A DNA stretch of 64,000 nt from Gracilinanus agilis (taxonomy: Eukaryota), in assembly GCF_016433145.1 (NCBI RefSeq), contig NC_058130.1:498416367-498480366 (forward strand). The letters are read 5' to 3'. Under the pieces are notes generated by a model, which saw only the letters and a list, made by a program, of their open reading frames with translations, was not told where the DNA came from and did not search any database. Shown here one piece after another: positions 1 to 12,370 of the stretch. The first letter of the stretch is position 1; each line of letters opens with the position of its first letter. The position numbers were made by a program, and so were the translations under genes.

Positions 1-385
1 GGCGCGCGCGCTCAGATTTCGCGTGCTTTTTTTGACTTAATGGGGTCCTAAGTCTTGCTGTTCTCAGGAACAGGTCCCGGAGCTGCTCATGACTCGATGG
101 GTGCCCCAAACTTGCTCTATTTCTTTTTAGCTGGGTTCGGAGCTATAGGTGAGTGTGGAGGGGGTGGGGATGGGGCGGTTGCTCAGCTCGCGATTGAGTG
201 AGTGAGAGCCCTTTTTAGCCTGGAAATGTCTCTATTCCACGTACCTTCCACGCTGTGCCCTGTTGTGGGGTTCCTCCGTTCGTCTGGTCTTGTTTTTATG
301 TCCCCTTGAGGAGTTTTGTATGTTTCGGTCAGGAGAGGTTAAGAGCTGCTTCTTACTCTGCCGCCATCTTAACCCGGAAGCCCCC
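1..385 (-). mobile_element. 5' UTR of a young LINE-1 (marsupial L1); element runs off the left edge of the window
   Basis: Minus strand reads GGGGGCTTCCGGGTTAAGATGGCGGCAGAG, a typical L1 start. CpG-rich. The flank at 386-402 reads TT|AAAAGTTATTTTTCT on the minus strand, matching the L1 endonuclease site. Confidence 0.9.
360..370 (-). promoter_or_regulatory. YY1-type motif (AAGATGGCGGC) at the L1 internal promoter start
   Basis: GCCGCCATCTT on the plus strand matches the YY1 consensus, about 15 nt from the L1 5' end. Confidence 0.75.
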
Positions 386-489
386 AGAAAAATAACTTTT
401 AATATTTTTTTCTGGGCTATACATGTATTATCATGAAAACATATTTCCATAATATTCATTTTTGTAAGTGAATAGTCTTATAAAACCCA

Positions 490-775
490 AACATAAAACC
501 AAATAAACAAGTGAAAAATCTTATGCTTTCATCTGCATTCCTACTCCAACAGTTCTTTCTCTGGAAGGTGAATAACATTCTTTGTCATAAGTCCCTCAGA
601 ATTGTCCTGGATCATTGTATGCTGATAGTAACTAAGTCTTTCACAGTTGATCATTCCACAATATTACTATTACCGTGTACAATATTTTCCTGGTTCTGCT
701 TATTTCACTCTGCATCAGTACAATGTAGGTCTTTCCAGCTTTTTCTGAAATCATCATGTTCATCATTCCTCTAAG
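490..775 (-). mobile_element. Old L1 3' end fragment
   Basis: Similar to the 3' region of the L1 at 35734-37451 (for example the reverse complement of gtgagcagaaccaggagaa). Confidence 0.8.
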
Positions 776-979
776 TATTGTTTTAAAAAGGAGGGAATAA
801 TCTATGTAACAAGGAAGTGCTGGCCCCACATTACCTATAATAAAGATTAATGGAAGAAAAAACAAACAATTATTGTGATTCTTAGAAGTCAGAGATTAGT
901 TTAAGGAAATAATGGAGAAATATATTAAAAATAAACAATATATAATCACATCTATGAAGCATTTAAAATACTTAAACTC

Positions 980-1800
980 ACAGAGTATAAATGAAGGAAT
1001 GAAACAAAATCCATTATGCTTCAGGTACTTCTTAAAAAGGAAGAGTTGTAATTTTGATATCAGGTATGATGTCAATAAAATTCATCATGTGAAGAAAGAC
1101 AAATGGGGAAATTGCCTTATGGCTAAAGTACCATGGACAAAGAAGAAATAACAGTTTTAAATGTACTTGTACCAAACAGTATGGTGAATAGATTTGTAAA
1201 AGAAAAGCTATGCAAATTAAAGAAGATATTGATAATAACACAATAATATGAAGTCCAAAATATTCCTCTCTTACTGTTGGATACGTTCAATAGAATTATA
1301 TGGATTGGAGAAAAATTAGACGAACTATTTGTGGTAGTTTCTTATGAGGAATTTTCAAGTGTGCATTATCTTTGCATGCCATGGAACTTTAAAATAATTA
1401 ATAATGAAGTAGTACACAAGAGAACTAGAAGCAAATATAAAAAGACAGAAATAATAACCACATAGTTTACAAATTTTAGCATAATAAAATAAGTAACTAC
1501 ATCCTGATGGCTAAGTTACTAAGTTCTAATTCTAGAAACAGCTCTTTTGAAGATAATAATAACAATGAATAGATTATTAAAGACCACAGAATTAAATTCA
1601 TATCTCTGAAATCTTATTTTAATTAAAGAAAATTTAATTAAAGAAAAAATGTTCACAAGATCAACATATAATTTAAGAGTAGAAAATAAGTAATCTTCAA
1701 AGTTGTACAAAAGAAGAAATCTTGAAAAATATTAGAAAATATTGAGTTTTCTAAATAAGACCACAAAAATAATAATGATAGTTTCTCCAGTACAATAAGG
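980..1800 (+). mobile_element. Very old L1 ORF2 endonuclease-region fragment
   Basis: VKKDKWGNCLMAK resembles L1 endonuclease IKRDKEGHYIMLKG, followed by a degenerate NVLVPN (NIYAPN-like). A-rich sense strand. Confidence 0.55.
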
Positions 1801-3149
1801 GAGCAAAACAAGTATTCTCATTCTTTGATTCTCTACTTTTCTGATCGATAGCTTTAAAAAAATCATCATATTAAAAAAATCTAATTTGATTCATGATTTC
1901 TCAGTGTACTTACTTCGATCTCTTTAGATAATGTCCCTTTCACTCCCTTTATTGAATGTTTTCTCTTGTAACTTTATAATTTTATTTTTTGAAAGCTACT
2001 TGTATACATTGGACTGATTTCCCCTGTAGAATTTTAATTTTAATTAATTGGTTCCTACTTATTTAATTGAACCCTTTGAATGGGGCCCCCAATTTAGGGT
2101 TCATACCAGATTATGTCTATCCTTCCTTTCTTCCATTACAAATTGCAAGATGAAGTGGTTATTTCCCCTGCCCCCTCCAACTATTGCCAATATTTCTATT
2201 TCACTAAACCAGTTGCTCACTATTAGTGAGAATCAGGCTAGAATATCAATCAGTCTTCATCCTATAATTTACCATAATCCCTAAGGTATCAGAATCAATA
2301 TGGCACCATAGTTGAGAGATATATCACTACTTCTATTTCTTATACTCTCAGGAATGCAGATGATAAGAACAAAGTTGTACCCACACTGCTTGAATGACAG
2401 ATCTTTCTCCATTTTATTCCTGGATGCTAACTATCTCAGGACCTTCCTTTCTTCTAGATTACTCTACTCCCTACAATGGATGGTAGGTAAAGCTTTTTGA
2501 CTGAGTGCATGTGAATTTGTTTTCTTTCTGCTAGGCATCTCTATTCTATAGTGTCTAGGCATTTCTTTGTTGGTGATTTCTGGGAAATGTTAGCTTACCC
2601 TATAGAATCTGGCATGATATCTTGGAACATAACTAATATTCAATAACTGTTTGCTGAATGAATGAGTGTAAGAAAACCTTTGGGGGTTATCATGTAGAAA
2701 TTGCTTCAAATGAACACTCATATAGATTTAGATTTGTTTATAAATAATTTTATCTTTAAAAAGTTTACTCTGACCTATTGCCATTTGGTTAAAAAGACAC
2801 ACCTCAAGATATTTTCAGTAACGCTATGGATGGTCATCCCTCCTCGGCTATTTGGGCATTTAGCTGAAAGGAAGTGGATCTGAAGATGTTTGTAGTTACC
2901 TTTCCAGTGGAAAGCAGCCTGTAGCTCAGAATTAGGTGCTCATTTAACAAAGATTTGTTGATTAGAATGTGCCTTTTGAGGATTAGTAAAAAGAGAGGGG
3001 ATTTTGAATGAAAAGGGATATACAGGAAATGCTTGTTACACATGTATTTATTAAGTTCATTTTTTTTTACTCCAACAGATTTTTCAGTTGTGTCTTGTCA
3101 GCAACTCTTGGTGACACAACTTTGAGTGAATCCTTCAAATAAAACAAAC

Positions 3150-4700
3150 AAACAAAAACCTAAGTACCCACAACACTCTTTAAGGTATTCTCAATATGGC
3201 AAAATACCCTAACGGGCATATCAGTTCCTACCCATCTTTCTCTTTCGGTATTCAGCAATCTCTTTCAAAAGCCCGAAACTTATGTTTTATAGGATTCCCA
3301 GTCTCAGAGAGTTCAAAGGAATCACATATTCCATATAATTTAGCATTACTTATTTTGCCAAACAATTCAGAGAAGAAGTGCATTTATTTCTTCCAGTTGC
3401 TTTATGAGATGCCTAACTTTCTTAAGAGACCTGTAATTTTCTTTTTAATTTCTGATGTGAAAAGTCTGTCGATAGATCTTAATCTGTTAATTACCAAAGC
3501 TTCATACTGGTTTAAACTTGCTTGAAAATACTTATATGGAACATCTGATATGATTAGGGGAGATGCTTCCTATGGTTTATATTTTAAAAACTGAATGTTG
3601 ACAAAATATGGACAAAGAACAGCAAGAGCATTTCCACATCTCAGGACACAAGAAATTGATTTCAATGGCCCTTGGTATCCTCTTCGGAAGAAGACAGCCT
3701 CCTATCTGTGATAGTACATCTTTGCAAGTCTGGTATAACTAGACCCTACACTGATTGTCATGGGGCACATCTTTTTAAAAAATTGGCAGAGTATCATAAA
3801 ACTTTTAAGCTGAATGGTAGCCCTGTTGGCAATTGAAAGTGGGAGAAACACTCTCCCATTTCCCATTTTCCTTTTCACCAATTTCTAAGACAATTTGCAA
3901 TATATCTATTAAAAAGAAATATATTCTAAATTAGGGACAGCTTGGTAGCACATTGGATAGAGCACTAGGCTTGGAAATAAGAAAACTCATCTCCATGAGT
4001 TCAAATCTTGCCTCAGACAGTTAGTACCTCTGTGACAACTGAGCAAGTCATTTAACCCTGTTTGTCTTAATTCCCTATAAGTAAAATGGGCTTGAGAAGG
4101 AAATGTCAAATCATTCCAGAATCTTTGCCAAGAAAACCCTGAAATGGATCAGGAAGAGTTGGACAATCAACAACATTCCAGGCCAACCTTTATATCCACA
4201 ATGACTGAGACTACTTGGATTTCTGTCATGTCCTTAACTCATGTCAGCAATGTGTAGGAGAAAAACTGCTGGACAAAACTTCAAGCTTCATTTTCAGTTC
4301 TTCATGCCCTTCATGTTTTGCTAGGCCTTTTTCCATACTAATAATAAAGTCATTGCTGGGTTTTTGCCAATGCTATTCTCTCCCACTATAAATCTTCTAA
4401 TGCCACTATACTGCTTTATTTCTCAGTTCTCGCCTGATCTTCTTCTCAACTGTGATTTACCAGAAGAATCTACTCACTGCCAAAAGATCCTATACAACTG
4501 TGGGATTTATGAGGTGCTAAAACAGCCTATGGGTACTGGGACCAAAGAAAAAGAGCTATCCAGTTATTCTCTAGTTTGTAGCTTTGCAAAAGGAAATAGG
4601 CAATGTGGCAATTGTTTATTAGCAAATCTAAAGCATGAACACAGTTATCCAAGATGGTTAGGAACTTTTTGCTTACAGAGAGAGCCTTTTGCCATACATC
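3150..4700 (-). mobile_element. Possible ancient RTE-X/L4-like LINE ORF2 remnant, split by a SINE
   Basis: Degenerate minus-strand translation includes VLRCGNALAV, FLKYKP*EASPLIISD, EIKKKITGLLRKLGIS, KRLLNTERERW and RNKAV*WH*KIYSGRE. These resemble recalled RTE-X ORF2 segments in the expected order. Confidence 0.35.
3933..4173 (+). mobile_element. MAR1/MIR-type CORE-SINE
   Basis: tRNA-like head with a B-box (gagttcaaatc), CORE segment, and 3' ctttgccaagaaaaccc. Confidence 0.85.
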
Positions 4701-5242
4701 CTCTTTTTTTTTTTTTTTGAGACTGACTTCATGGTTTTCTGTTAGTTAATTGGCTTCCTGAAACATGTGGACATTCACATAGGCCATAGCTGGCCTAGAG
4801 ATTAAGAATTGGTCATCTATCCTGGCTTTCTTTTCCTTAATCAGTAGAAAATGAGAACGAGAAAAGACTTTTTAAAATTCCCTTCCATTTTTTTGTTTCA
4901 GCTTTAACTAGGGACTAGTAAGACTATGAGGGAAAATCATTAGAAATAGTTAGATACTTCTTTCTTCTCTCTTGCCTTCCATTTTTTTTCTCTAGCAACT
5001 TTAGAGGATATCAAACTACAAATAAAAAAGAAAGCACCAAGTAAAGTTAAAGATTGAATTTTCACAGCTAAGATCTAAATGATTGAAGATTATTTTTTAA
5101 TCAATTGCATTTGAAAAACTGGCCTTTAGGAACAATTTCCTTTGGCTAATTTTGTGACTGACTAATTGGACACATCAGAACCTATGGTTTTTAAGATTTT
5201 AGTATTTTTCATAGTATCACGGCTAGTTTAAGAAATGGAAAC

Positions 5243-5452
5243 TGTGGTAGTTGATAGAGAATTAGTCTCAAAGTCAAGCAGAGTTGGGTTCAAATCCTGC
5301 CTTTGACACATAGTGGTTTGTGACTTTGCCACTTAAACCTTTAGTCTTTTAGATAATTCATTAACACTATGTCATAAACTAGATGTCAGTCAACATTGGG
5401 AGAAAGCACTTCCTTCTCCAAGGATTTCTTATCCCAATGAAATTAAAAGTTT
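5243..5452 (+). mobile_element. Marsupial tRNA-derived CORE-SINE (divergent)
   Basis: B-box gggttcaaatcctgcc followed by a CORE-like gtgact...cacttaa segment. Confidence 0.6.
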
Positions 5453-6059
5453 AGCCCATATACTTAAGAAAAAATAACCTGGATTTGATGTTTTGGAGGT
5501 AAACTAAACTTGGCTCCTATCCTTTTCTTTTTTTTTATTTTTTAACAATTGTAAGAAATTTCACCATTATCTGCAAAATATCTTTCAATATTTGAATGGC
5601 TTTGTACTGACTTGATTAGCTTTTATTTCATTAGTTCCAACATGAACAAAGATTTATAATTGACCCCTTTATGGCTGTCTGTTTGCTTTTAGGTCATTTT
5701 GTTACCCTTTAATATCTTCATTAAATTCAAGCACAGTAAATGAGGAGACCTGAAACCCAACTCGATTATGTTTTGCAACTTGTAAGCAGTTCTGGTGAAA
5801 GGTGTAGTGGGAAATAATTGTCAGATTAACTTCTTGATTACATATGTATGACCATGGAGAGAGTTGTATACAGTTTTTATGGGGTGAGAGAGAATTATTT
5901 CCCCTACCAATTCTAAATTTTAAATATTTCTTGTCATCTCACTCTATTGTTCCCATTGGAAATTTTCTTCTTCTTCTTAGATTCAGCCATGTTAACAAAT
6001 TACTTAGACTTCATATCATTAATAAGTAACAAAAGCAATGGATTTAAAATAACATTGTG

Positions 6060-8030
6060 ATTGAGAGGAAATATATTATTAGCAGACTTTCAACATCCGT
6101 AGTCAATTAGTCAACTATACTAAAGGCTGGAATATGAAGAAAGTAAAAAAACCAAAAACAAAACCAAGTAAACATTTCCTGCTATCAAGGAGCTTCCATT
6201 CTAAAGGGTGAGATAGCACGACAATAATCAAATGCATACAAGATATATACAGTGTAGACAAGAAAGCACTAGAAGTTGGAATGTACCTCCTGCAAAAGTT
6301 GATAAATTTAAGTTTAAGTAAATTTATGTTAAATCAAGTGCAAGCTTATTCTTTAAAGGAGCTGGAGAAACTAAGCAATGGAGGTGCAAGGGAAGGGAGA
6401 GAGAAGTCCATGCATGGAGGTTAGCCAATGTAAAGGGAAAAAAAAAAGGAGAGCTAGAGGGTCATATGCATAGATGTAACAGATGTGCTAGTATATATTT
6501 AACAACTCTGGGGAAAAAAAACCAGAACAAAACCAAAAACTTATAAATGAAAACACTTTGAAGTTGAACCTGCATTATTAATATTTTCTCCATTACTGTC
6601 TTAATTCCAAACATTCAACAAAACAATTTTTAACCTTGATTTGTAGCATTTACCAATTTCAGCGGTGTAAATTGTTACCTTGATTTTTTGACAATTGATT
6701 CCTAAGCAGATCTGGGTTAGCTCTAGCACATTTTGGGTATATGAGGAATACCAAATAGGCCAGTATAGCTAGATCATAGAGTACACGAAGGGTATTAAAG
6801 TATATAAAGGCTGGAAAGTTAGGAGGGGAACCAAATAATAAAGAACTTAATTAATTTATTTTTTAAAATAATTTTTGAGTATATATTTTCTGACGTTTGC
6901 TCTCAAATAGTCTTTGATTTTCATCATCAATAAAGAACTTTAAGTGCTAAAAAGGAGAATTTTTATTTGTTCCTGGAGATAATAGGGATCTGCTGCTGCT
7001 CTTTTGGTTGCAGTGTGAAATTAGAATCGGTTACCCTAAAAACCATGATTCCCAGCAAAACTACGATTTCCAGCAAAAACTACAATTCCCAGAACCCCAC
7101 TCACTTCCTGTTGTTATGTGTTGATGTAGACAGGATATAAATTGGGTGGAGTTCTGTGTCTAGCCTCTTTTTCCTTCCTGTCACAGCTTTGGCAGAACGG
7201 GCATTTTGAGCACTTTGAAAACTTAGTCACGTGGTTCTATTTTGTCAGATTAACTTTAAAAGATATAATACTTCAAGTGTTCAATTTTAATTTAATTTTT
7301 ACAGCAGGATGGTTATATAGTAAGGCATGCTTTAGAATAGGCTCATGGAAAGGCTTGAGACAAGATACCAATTAGAAAGCTATTGGAAAAATTGAGACAA
7401 AATATGACATCTTGAATTAGCGTGATATCTATGGGAATAGAGAGAGGACTGAGGAGAAATTTTGTGAAGAGAGAAAAAATAGTATTTGGTAACAAATTGT
7501 ATATATGGGATGAAAGAGAGCACAAAGTTGAGGGAAATGCTAAGGTGGTAGATCTGAGTGACTAGGGACGGTGGTATCCTCTACAGTGACAGGAAAGTTA
7601 AGATGTGAATTGTCAGGGGGAAAAGGAATTTGTTTTAGACCGTTTTAGACATGTTGATTTTGAGATGCCTATGGGACATCCAGTTCAAAATACCCAGCTG
7701 GCAATTGGTGCTTCTATAAGGCATTGATTCTGTAGAGATAACAAAAGCCATGGGACCCGGAGACAAGAATATGAAACCTGATAATATAGAATATAAAGAG
7801 AAGATCTAGGAAAGAGTTTTGAGGGATATCCACAAAGCAGCAGACATTATACAGATAAAGATCAACAAAGGAAACTGAGAAGTATTTGGAAAGATAGGAG
7901 GATAATAAACAGGAGAGAGCAGTATCTAGAAAACCTAAACTAGATGGAATACAAAATATGCTATTATTTCCAATTTTGAAAGATAAAGCAATACAGCTAC
8001 TGCTGTGGTGAAGCATCACCAGGAAAAGGT
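6060..8030 (-). mobile_element. L2 LINE fragments, interrupted by the LTR at 7014-7303
   Basis: Purine-rich antisense L2 signatures (tgagatgcctatgggacatccagtt, gtagatctgagtgactaggg). Confidence 0.75.
7014..7303 (+). mobile_element. Solo ERV LTR with 4-bp TSD GCAG
   Basis: Starts TGTGAAA and ends TTTTACA. GCAG at 7010-7013 and 7304-7307. Internal TATA-like GATATAAA near 7135. Confidence 0.85.
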
Positions 8031-8642
8031 GCCAGGAAATATACTGTCTATGGCCATTAACTTTTTGAGAAGATCAGCATCTACTCCCAAATGACTGTTT
8101 GCCAAATGTTTTCCAAGGACGGTGATGGTTACAATTTGACCTCATTGAAGTTCTTAGAAGAATAGCCACTAGTAGAATGTAGAAAGTAATTGGGTAAGAT
8201 TTTAATTCAGTGCATTGTGAATTAATATTGATAGACAACACACATAGCATCATTCTAATTTTTATCAAGACCATATTTCATAGTATTCTTGATCCCCAAA
8301 GGCAATTTACATAAACATGTAGCCTTTCTTTTCAAGTATGTGCAGTTATATACAATTGTCTTAAAAAAAGGAAAAAGAACATATATTAATCATTCTATCA
8401 ACAAGCATTTATTCAGCAGCCACTATGCATTGGGAATTGCACTGGGGACCCAAGGAAAGGCAAAAACAGAGCACAAAAAGTAGAAAAAAACAGTTTCTAT
8501 CCTTGAGGAATACATATTTTGATATGTAAGTAACCATGTACATAAGATACATACAGAATGGATGTAGGGTAAACTGAGATTAGAAAGCAATAATAGAGAG
8601 GTGGGGGTAAGGAGAATGAGAGAGACCAGAAAAGATTTATGT

Positions 8643-8856
8643 AGGGGGCAGCTGGGTGGCTCAGTAGATTGGGAGCCAGGCCAGAGATGGGAAGCCCTGG
8701 CTACAAGTCTTGCCTCAGATACTTCCTAGCTGTGTGACCCTGGACAAGTCACTTAACCCCTATTGCCTAGCCCTTACCACTTTTCTGCCTTAGAACCAAT
8801 ACACAGTATTGATTATAAAATGAAAGTTAAGAGTTTTAATGAAAAATTTAAAAAAG
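8643..8856 (+). mobile_element. SINE1_Mdo-type SINE (older copy)
   Basis: Head gggggcagctgggtggctcagtagattg, CORE segment, A-rich tail. Confidence 0.85.
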
Positions 8857-9029
8857 CTTTATGTAGAAGATGGAATTTGAATTGGATCTTCAAAAATCCA
8901 GGGAAATTAAGAGGTGGAGGAGAAGTCAGGACATTCTAGATATGGGAGAGAGCAATTCCAAAGAGCCAGAGTGACACGCTAGGAGAGTAGTAGATAGGCC
9001 ACGGTAGATGGATTGTATAAAAGGTGGAG

Positions 9030-9220
9030 TGGTCCTTATTGTTCATTTGTTTGTCAATTTCCTTTTCCAGCTCACTTTATTGATTAGGAAACGGAGGCAA
9101 AAAGGGTTAAATGACTTGCCCAGGGTCACATAGCCAGTAAATGCTTGATTTGGGATTTGAACTCAGGTCTTCCTGACTCCAGGCCCAACACTCCATTCTA
9201 TATGCCACTATCTGCCCAGG
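9030..9220 (-). mobile_element. MIR/MAR1 SINE
   Basis: Antisense CORE: gaaacggaggcaaaaagggttaaatgacttgcccagggtcaca. Confidence 0.8.
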
Positions 9221-9313
9221 GGGAGGGAATTAATGTGTAAAAAGACTGGAAAGGTAAGAAGGAACCAAGTTATAAAAAGTGTTGTGTCAAATAGAAGAGA
9301 TTATATTTAATCC

Positions 9314-9478
9314 TTTTCTTTTTGAGACTAGATCTCTGTCTCTCACCTTAGCCAGGAGTGCAGTAGCCACTCAAGAACATGATGCCAATGCTGACTGATG
9401 CAGAAACTTTTATAGAAATTTCTAATTTAAATCAGTTCCTCTCAGCTTAGCCAGCTGCTCTTTACCATTGGAGGTTCA
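9314..9478 (-). pseudogene. 5'-truncated 7SL (SRP) RNA-derived retrocopy (P7SL-like)
   Basis: After a poly-T tract, gagtgcagtagccactcaagaacatgatgccaatgctgact aligns to the reverse complement of the 7SL 3' half (GAGTGCAGTGGCTATTCACAGGCGCGATCCCACTACTGATC). Similarity continues to GGAGGT near 9471. Confidence 0.7.
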
Positions 9479-9489
9479 TTGGACCAGTA

Positions 9490-9990
9490 ATATAATCCAA
9501 GATGCAATAATAAAAGGGAAAACTTAGTCAAAACAACTACAAAAATGCAGAAAATATTTTTAACTATACTAAACTCACTCAATATTATATAGATTCAATA
9601 ATAAAATACTCCTTAAATTGATAAAGAACAATTACAATAGTTGGAAGAACATCTAGGGCTAAATATTTGGGAATACTTAGTATGAGTTTTGCCAACATAT
9701 TAAAAATGACAATTCTATCCAGGTTAATTTGTAGATTTAATTCCATACCAATCCATTTACCAAAGTGATACTTTTTAGAGCGATATAAAGTAATAACAAA
9801 ATTTATTTTAGAGAAAAAATATAGAAATTTAAACAAAATAATGAAGATGTTCAGGAAAAGGGGGTGATTAGCACTTATAGACTGCAAACTAATTATAATG
9901 CACAAATTATCAAACTAATGTGGTAATGGTTTTACCCTGCCACTCCAAAAAACAGATCAATGGAATCGACTGGATAAGAGTTTCAGAAAC
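9490..9990 (+). mobile_element. Old L1 ORF2 3' fragment
   Basis: tgacaattctatccaggttaatttgtagatttaattccataccaatc parallels the L1 at 35760 onward. Confidence 0.75.
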
Positions 9991-9999
9991 AGTGGAACT

Positions 10000-12350
10000 C
10001 AATCACCTAGTGTAAGGTTATTGCATTAGTACAGGGGAGAAATGATGAGGTCTTCCTTGGTCAAGAATTCTAAAACCCTTTATCTAACCTACAATATATT
10101 CATCTCTCCTTTTGCTTTTCCTTACCAAAACTCACTCTTCATCTGTACTTCTCCTTACCCTTTAGTCCTCTCTTAGGCTATCTGATTTTGCCCATCTTGG
10201 TCCTTTGGTGAACCAGTTTAATTCTACCCTCTCTCCTCTTCATTTCCTGAACTCATTATCATATTGCCAATCATAGTATGCTGAGCTTTAGCTTTGGATA
10301 ATTTCTACCATTTCTACCTTTACTCCTACGTACTTGTTGCTGAACAGAGGTAGAGAAAATCATGCAACTTTCTGATTGGGTCCACTATAAATTTATATTA
10401 CCCAACTTCATTTGGACCTTCCCTGATTATGGCAGTTCCTCTATACTTACCTTATCAGCTCTCTCTCTCCCACTTTTCACAATGGCTTTTCCATACCTTT
10501 TCTTTTTTAAAAAGCCCTTATCTTTTGTCTTAGAATCAATTATTTGTATAGGTTCCAAGGCAGAAGAGCAGTAAGGACTAGGTAATGATGTTAAGTGACT
10601 TGCTTAGGGTCACACAACTAGGAAGTGTTTCAGGCCATATTTGAATCCAGGACCTTCCATCTCTAGTCCTGGCTCTCAATCCACTGAGCCACCTAGCTGT
10701 CCCTTATTTGATACATTTTCATCCCTTCTCAAACTTTCAATGGCTCTCCTTCCATCTACCCTCTCAGCTAAGAACTTTGTCTTATATTTTACAAGAAAAA
10801 AATAAGGTCATTATCCCATGAAATCTCTCTAGTCAATCTCATATCACTCAGATGCTTCTCCACTATTTCTCCTTCATCTCTGTTTCACATGAAGGTGTGA
10901 CCTTACTCTGTACTAAGGTTAAACTTGTCTATCTTCACAAATTATCCCATTCTTTCCCATCTTCTCCAAAAAATATCTTCCTTTATCATCCCATTCTCAC
11001 TTAATTTTAATCCTTCCCTGGTAGTGCTTCATCCCCTTTGCCTACAAACATGCTTATGTCTCCCCCATCCTCATAAAATCCTCACTTGATCCTTCCATCC
11101 CTGCTAACTATTGACATTTATGACCAAACTCCTAGAAAAAGACTACAATAGGTGCCTATGATTTATCTCCTATCACTCATTTCTTAATGGCTTACAATCT
11201 GTTTTTTGACCTCATCATTCCATAAAACTGCTCTTTCAAAAATCTCTAATGATCTCTTGATTGCCAAACCCATCAACTCTTTCTCAATCTTCAGTCTACT
11301 TGATCTCTTTGACACTTGGTTATTTTCTTCTTTTTGACATTTTCCTTTCTCTAAGTCTTCAGGGCTACACTCCCTCCTAGTTGTTCTACCTAACAGATTT
11401 TTTATTCTTATCCTCCTTTGATGTATCATTATTCAGTTCATGCGTATTTAGTATGAGTGCCTCACAGGGCTCTGTCCTAGATACTTTTCTTCTTCTATAC
11501 TACTTTACTTGGTGATCTCATAAACTCCTATGGATTTGATTATCAGTTCTATGTTGATGATTCTCAAATCAACCTATCCTTGCTTTAACCTTTCTGCTGA
11601 CCTCCAAACTCACTTTTCCAAATGCCTTTCACGTTTTGACCTGGATGTTCAGTAGATATCTAAAACACAATATGCTCCAAACCAAACTCATTATCTCTTC
11701 CCATAAATCCTCTCAGCCTTCTACTTTCCTGATTATTGTTAAGGGAAACACCATCATCTCTTAGACTCATAACTTAAGCATCACTTCAACTCTTGCTCTT
11801 TCTCTCTCATCCCCTATGTCCAGTCTCTTGGCAAAGCCTGTTGATATCACCTTTGCAACATCTCTTGAATATGCCCTGTTCTCTCTTTTGATATTTTCTT
11901 TCCTTTTATATTACTCAGGTGAAGGCCTTTATCATATCATATATGGACTATTTCAATAGTCTGATGCCTTAAGTCTTTTTGTCTTCTCCAATCTATCCTC
12001 CATTCAACTGCCAAAGCAATTTTCCTGAAGTACAAGTTGGATCATAGCTGACTATGTCATCTTACTTCTCAATAGACTCCAGCTGCTCCCGATTGCTTGC
12101 AGAATCACCTACAAAACCCCATGTTTGGCATTCAAAGCCCTTCATAATCACTCCATTCACCTTTCTAGCCTTGTATCTTACTCCTTACCATGAACCTTTT
12201 GATCCAGTGACACTTGCATCCTTTCTGTTCCTCATAAAAGATACTTCATCTTTCTACTCTAGATATTTTTTTTTCTGGCTGAATCCCATGCTTGGAATGC
12301 TCTCCCTCCTTAACCTTGTCTACTCATTTTCTTGGATTTTTTGAAATCCC
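10000..12350 (+). mobile_element. Long L2 LINE remnant
   Basis: Pyrimidine-rich sense L2 ORF2 and 3' sequence (for example ctctaatgatctcttgattgccaaaccc, ttctatgttgatgattctcaaatc in the RT YADD region). Confidence 0.85.
10505..10705 (-). mobile_element. SINE1_Mdo-type SINE inside the L2
   Basis: Antisense copy ending ctctcaatccactgagccacctagctgtccc. Confidence 0.85.
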
Positions 12351-12370
12351 AACTTTTCCATTTTCTATAG

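Noticed and set aside
3180-3760. Endogenous bornavirus or filovirus L/NP fragment
   Set aside because: The IGG and VFFRRG resemblances to bornavirus L fall in overlapping frames and are not collinear. A LINE origin fits better.
5693-5782. AG/GT-bounded segment as an exon
   Set aside because: All three frames contain stops and there is no supporting homology.
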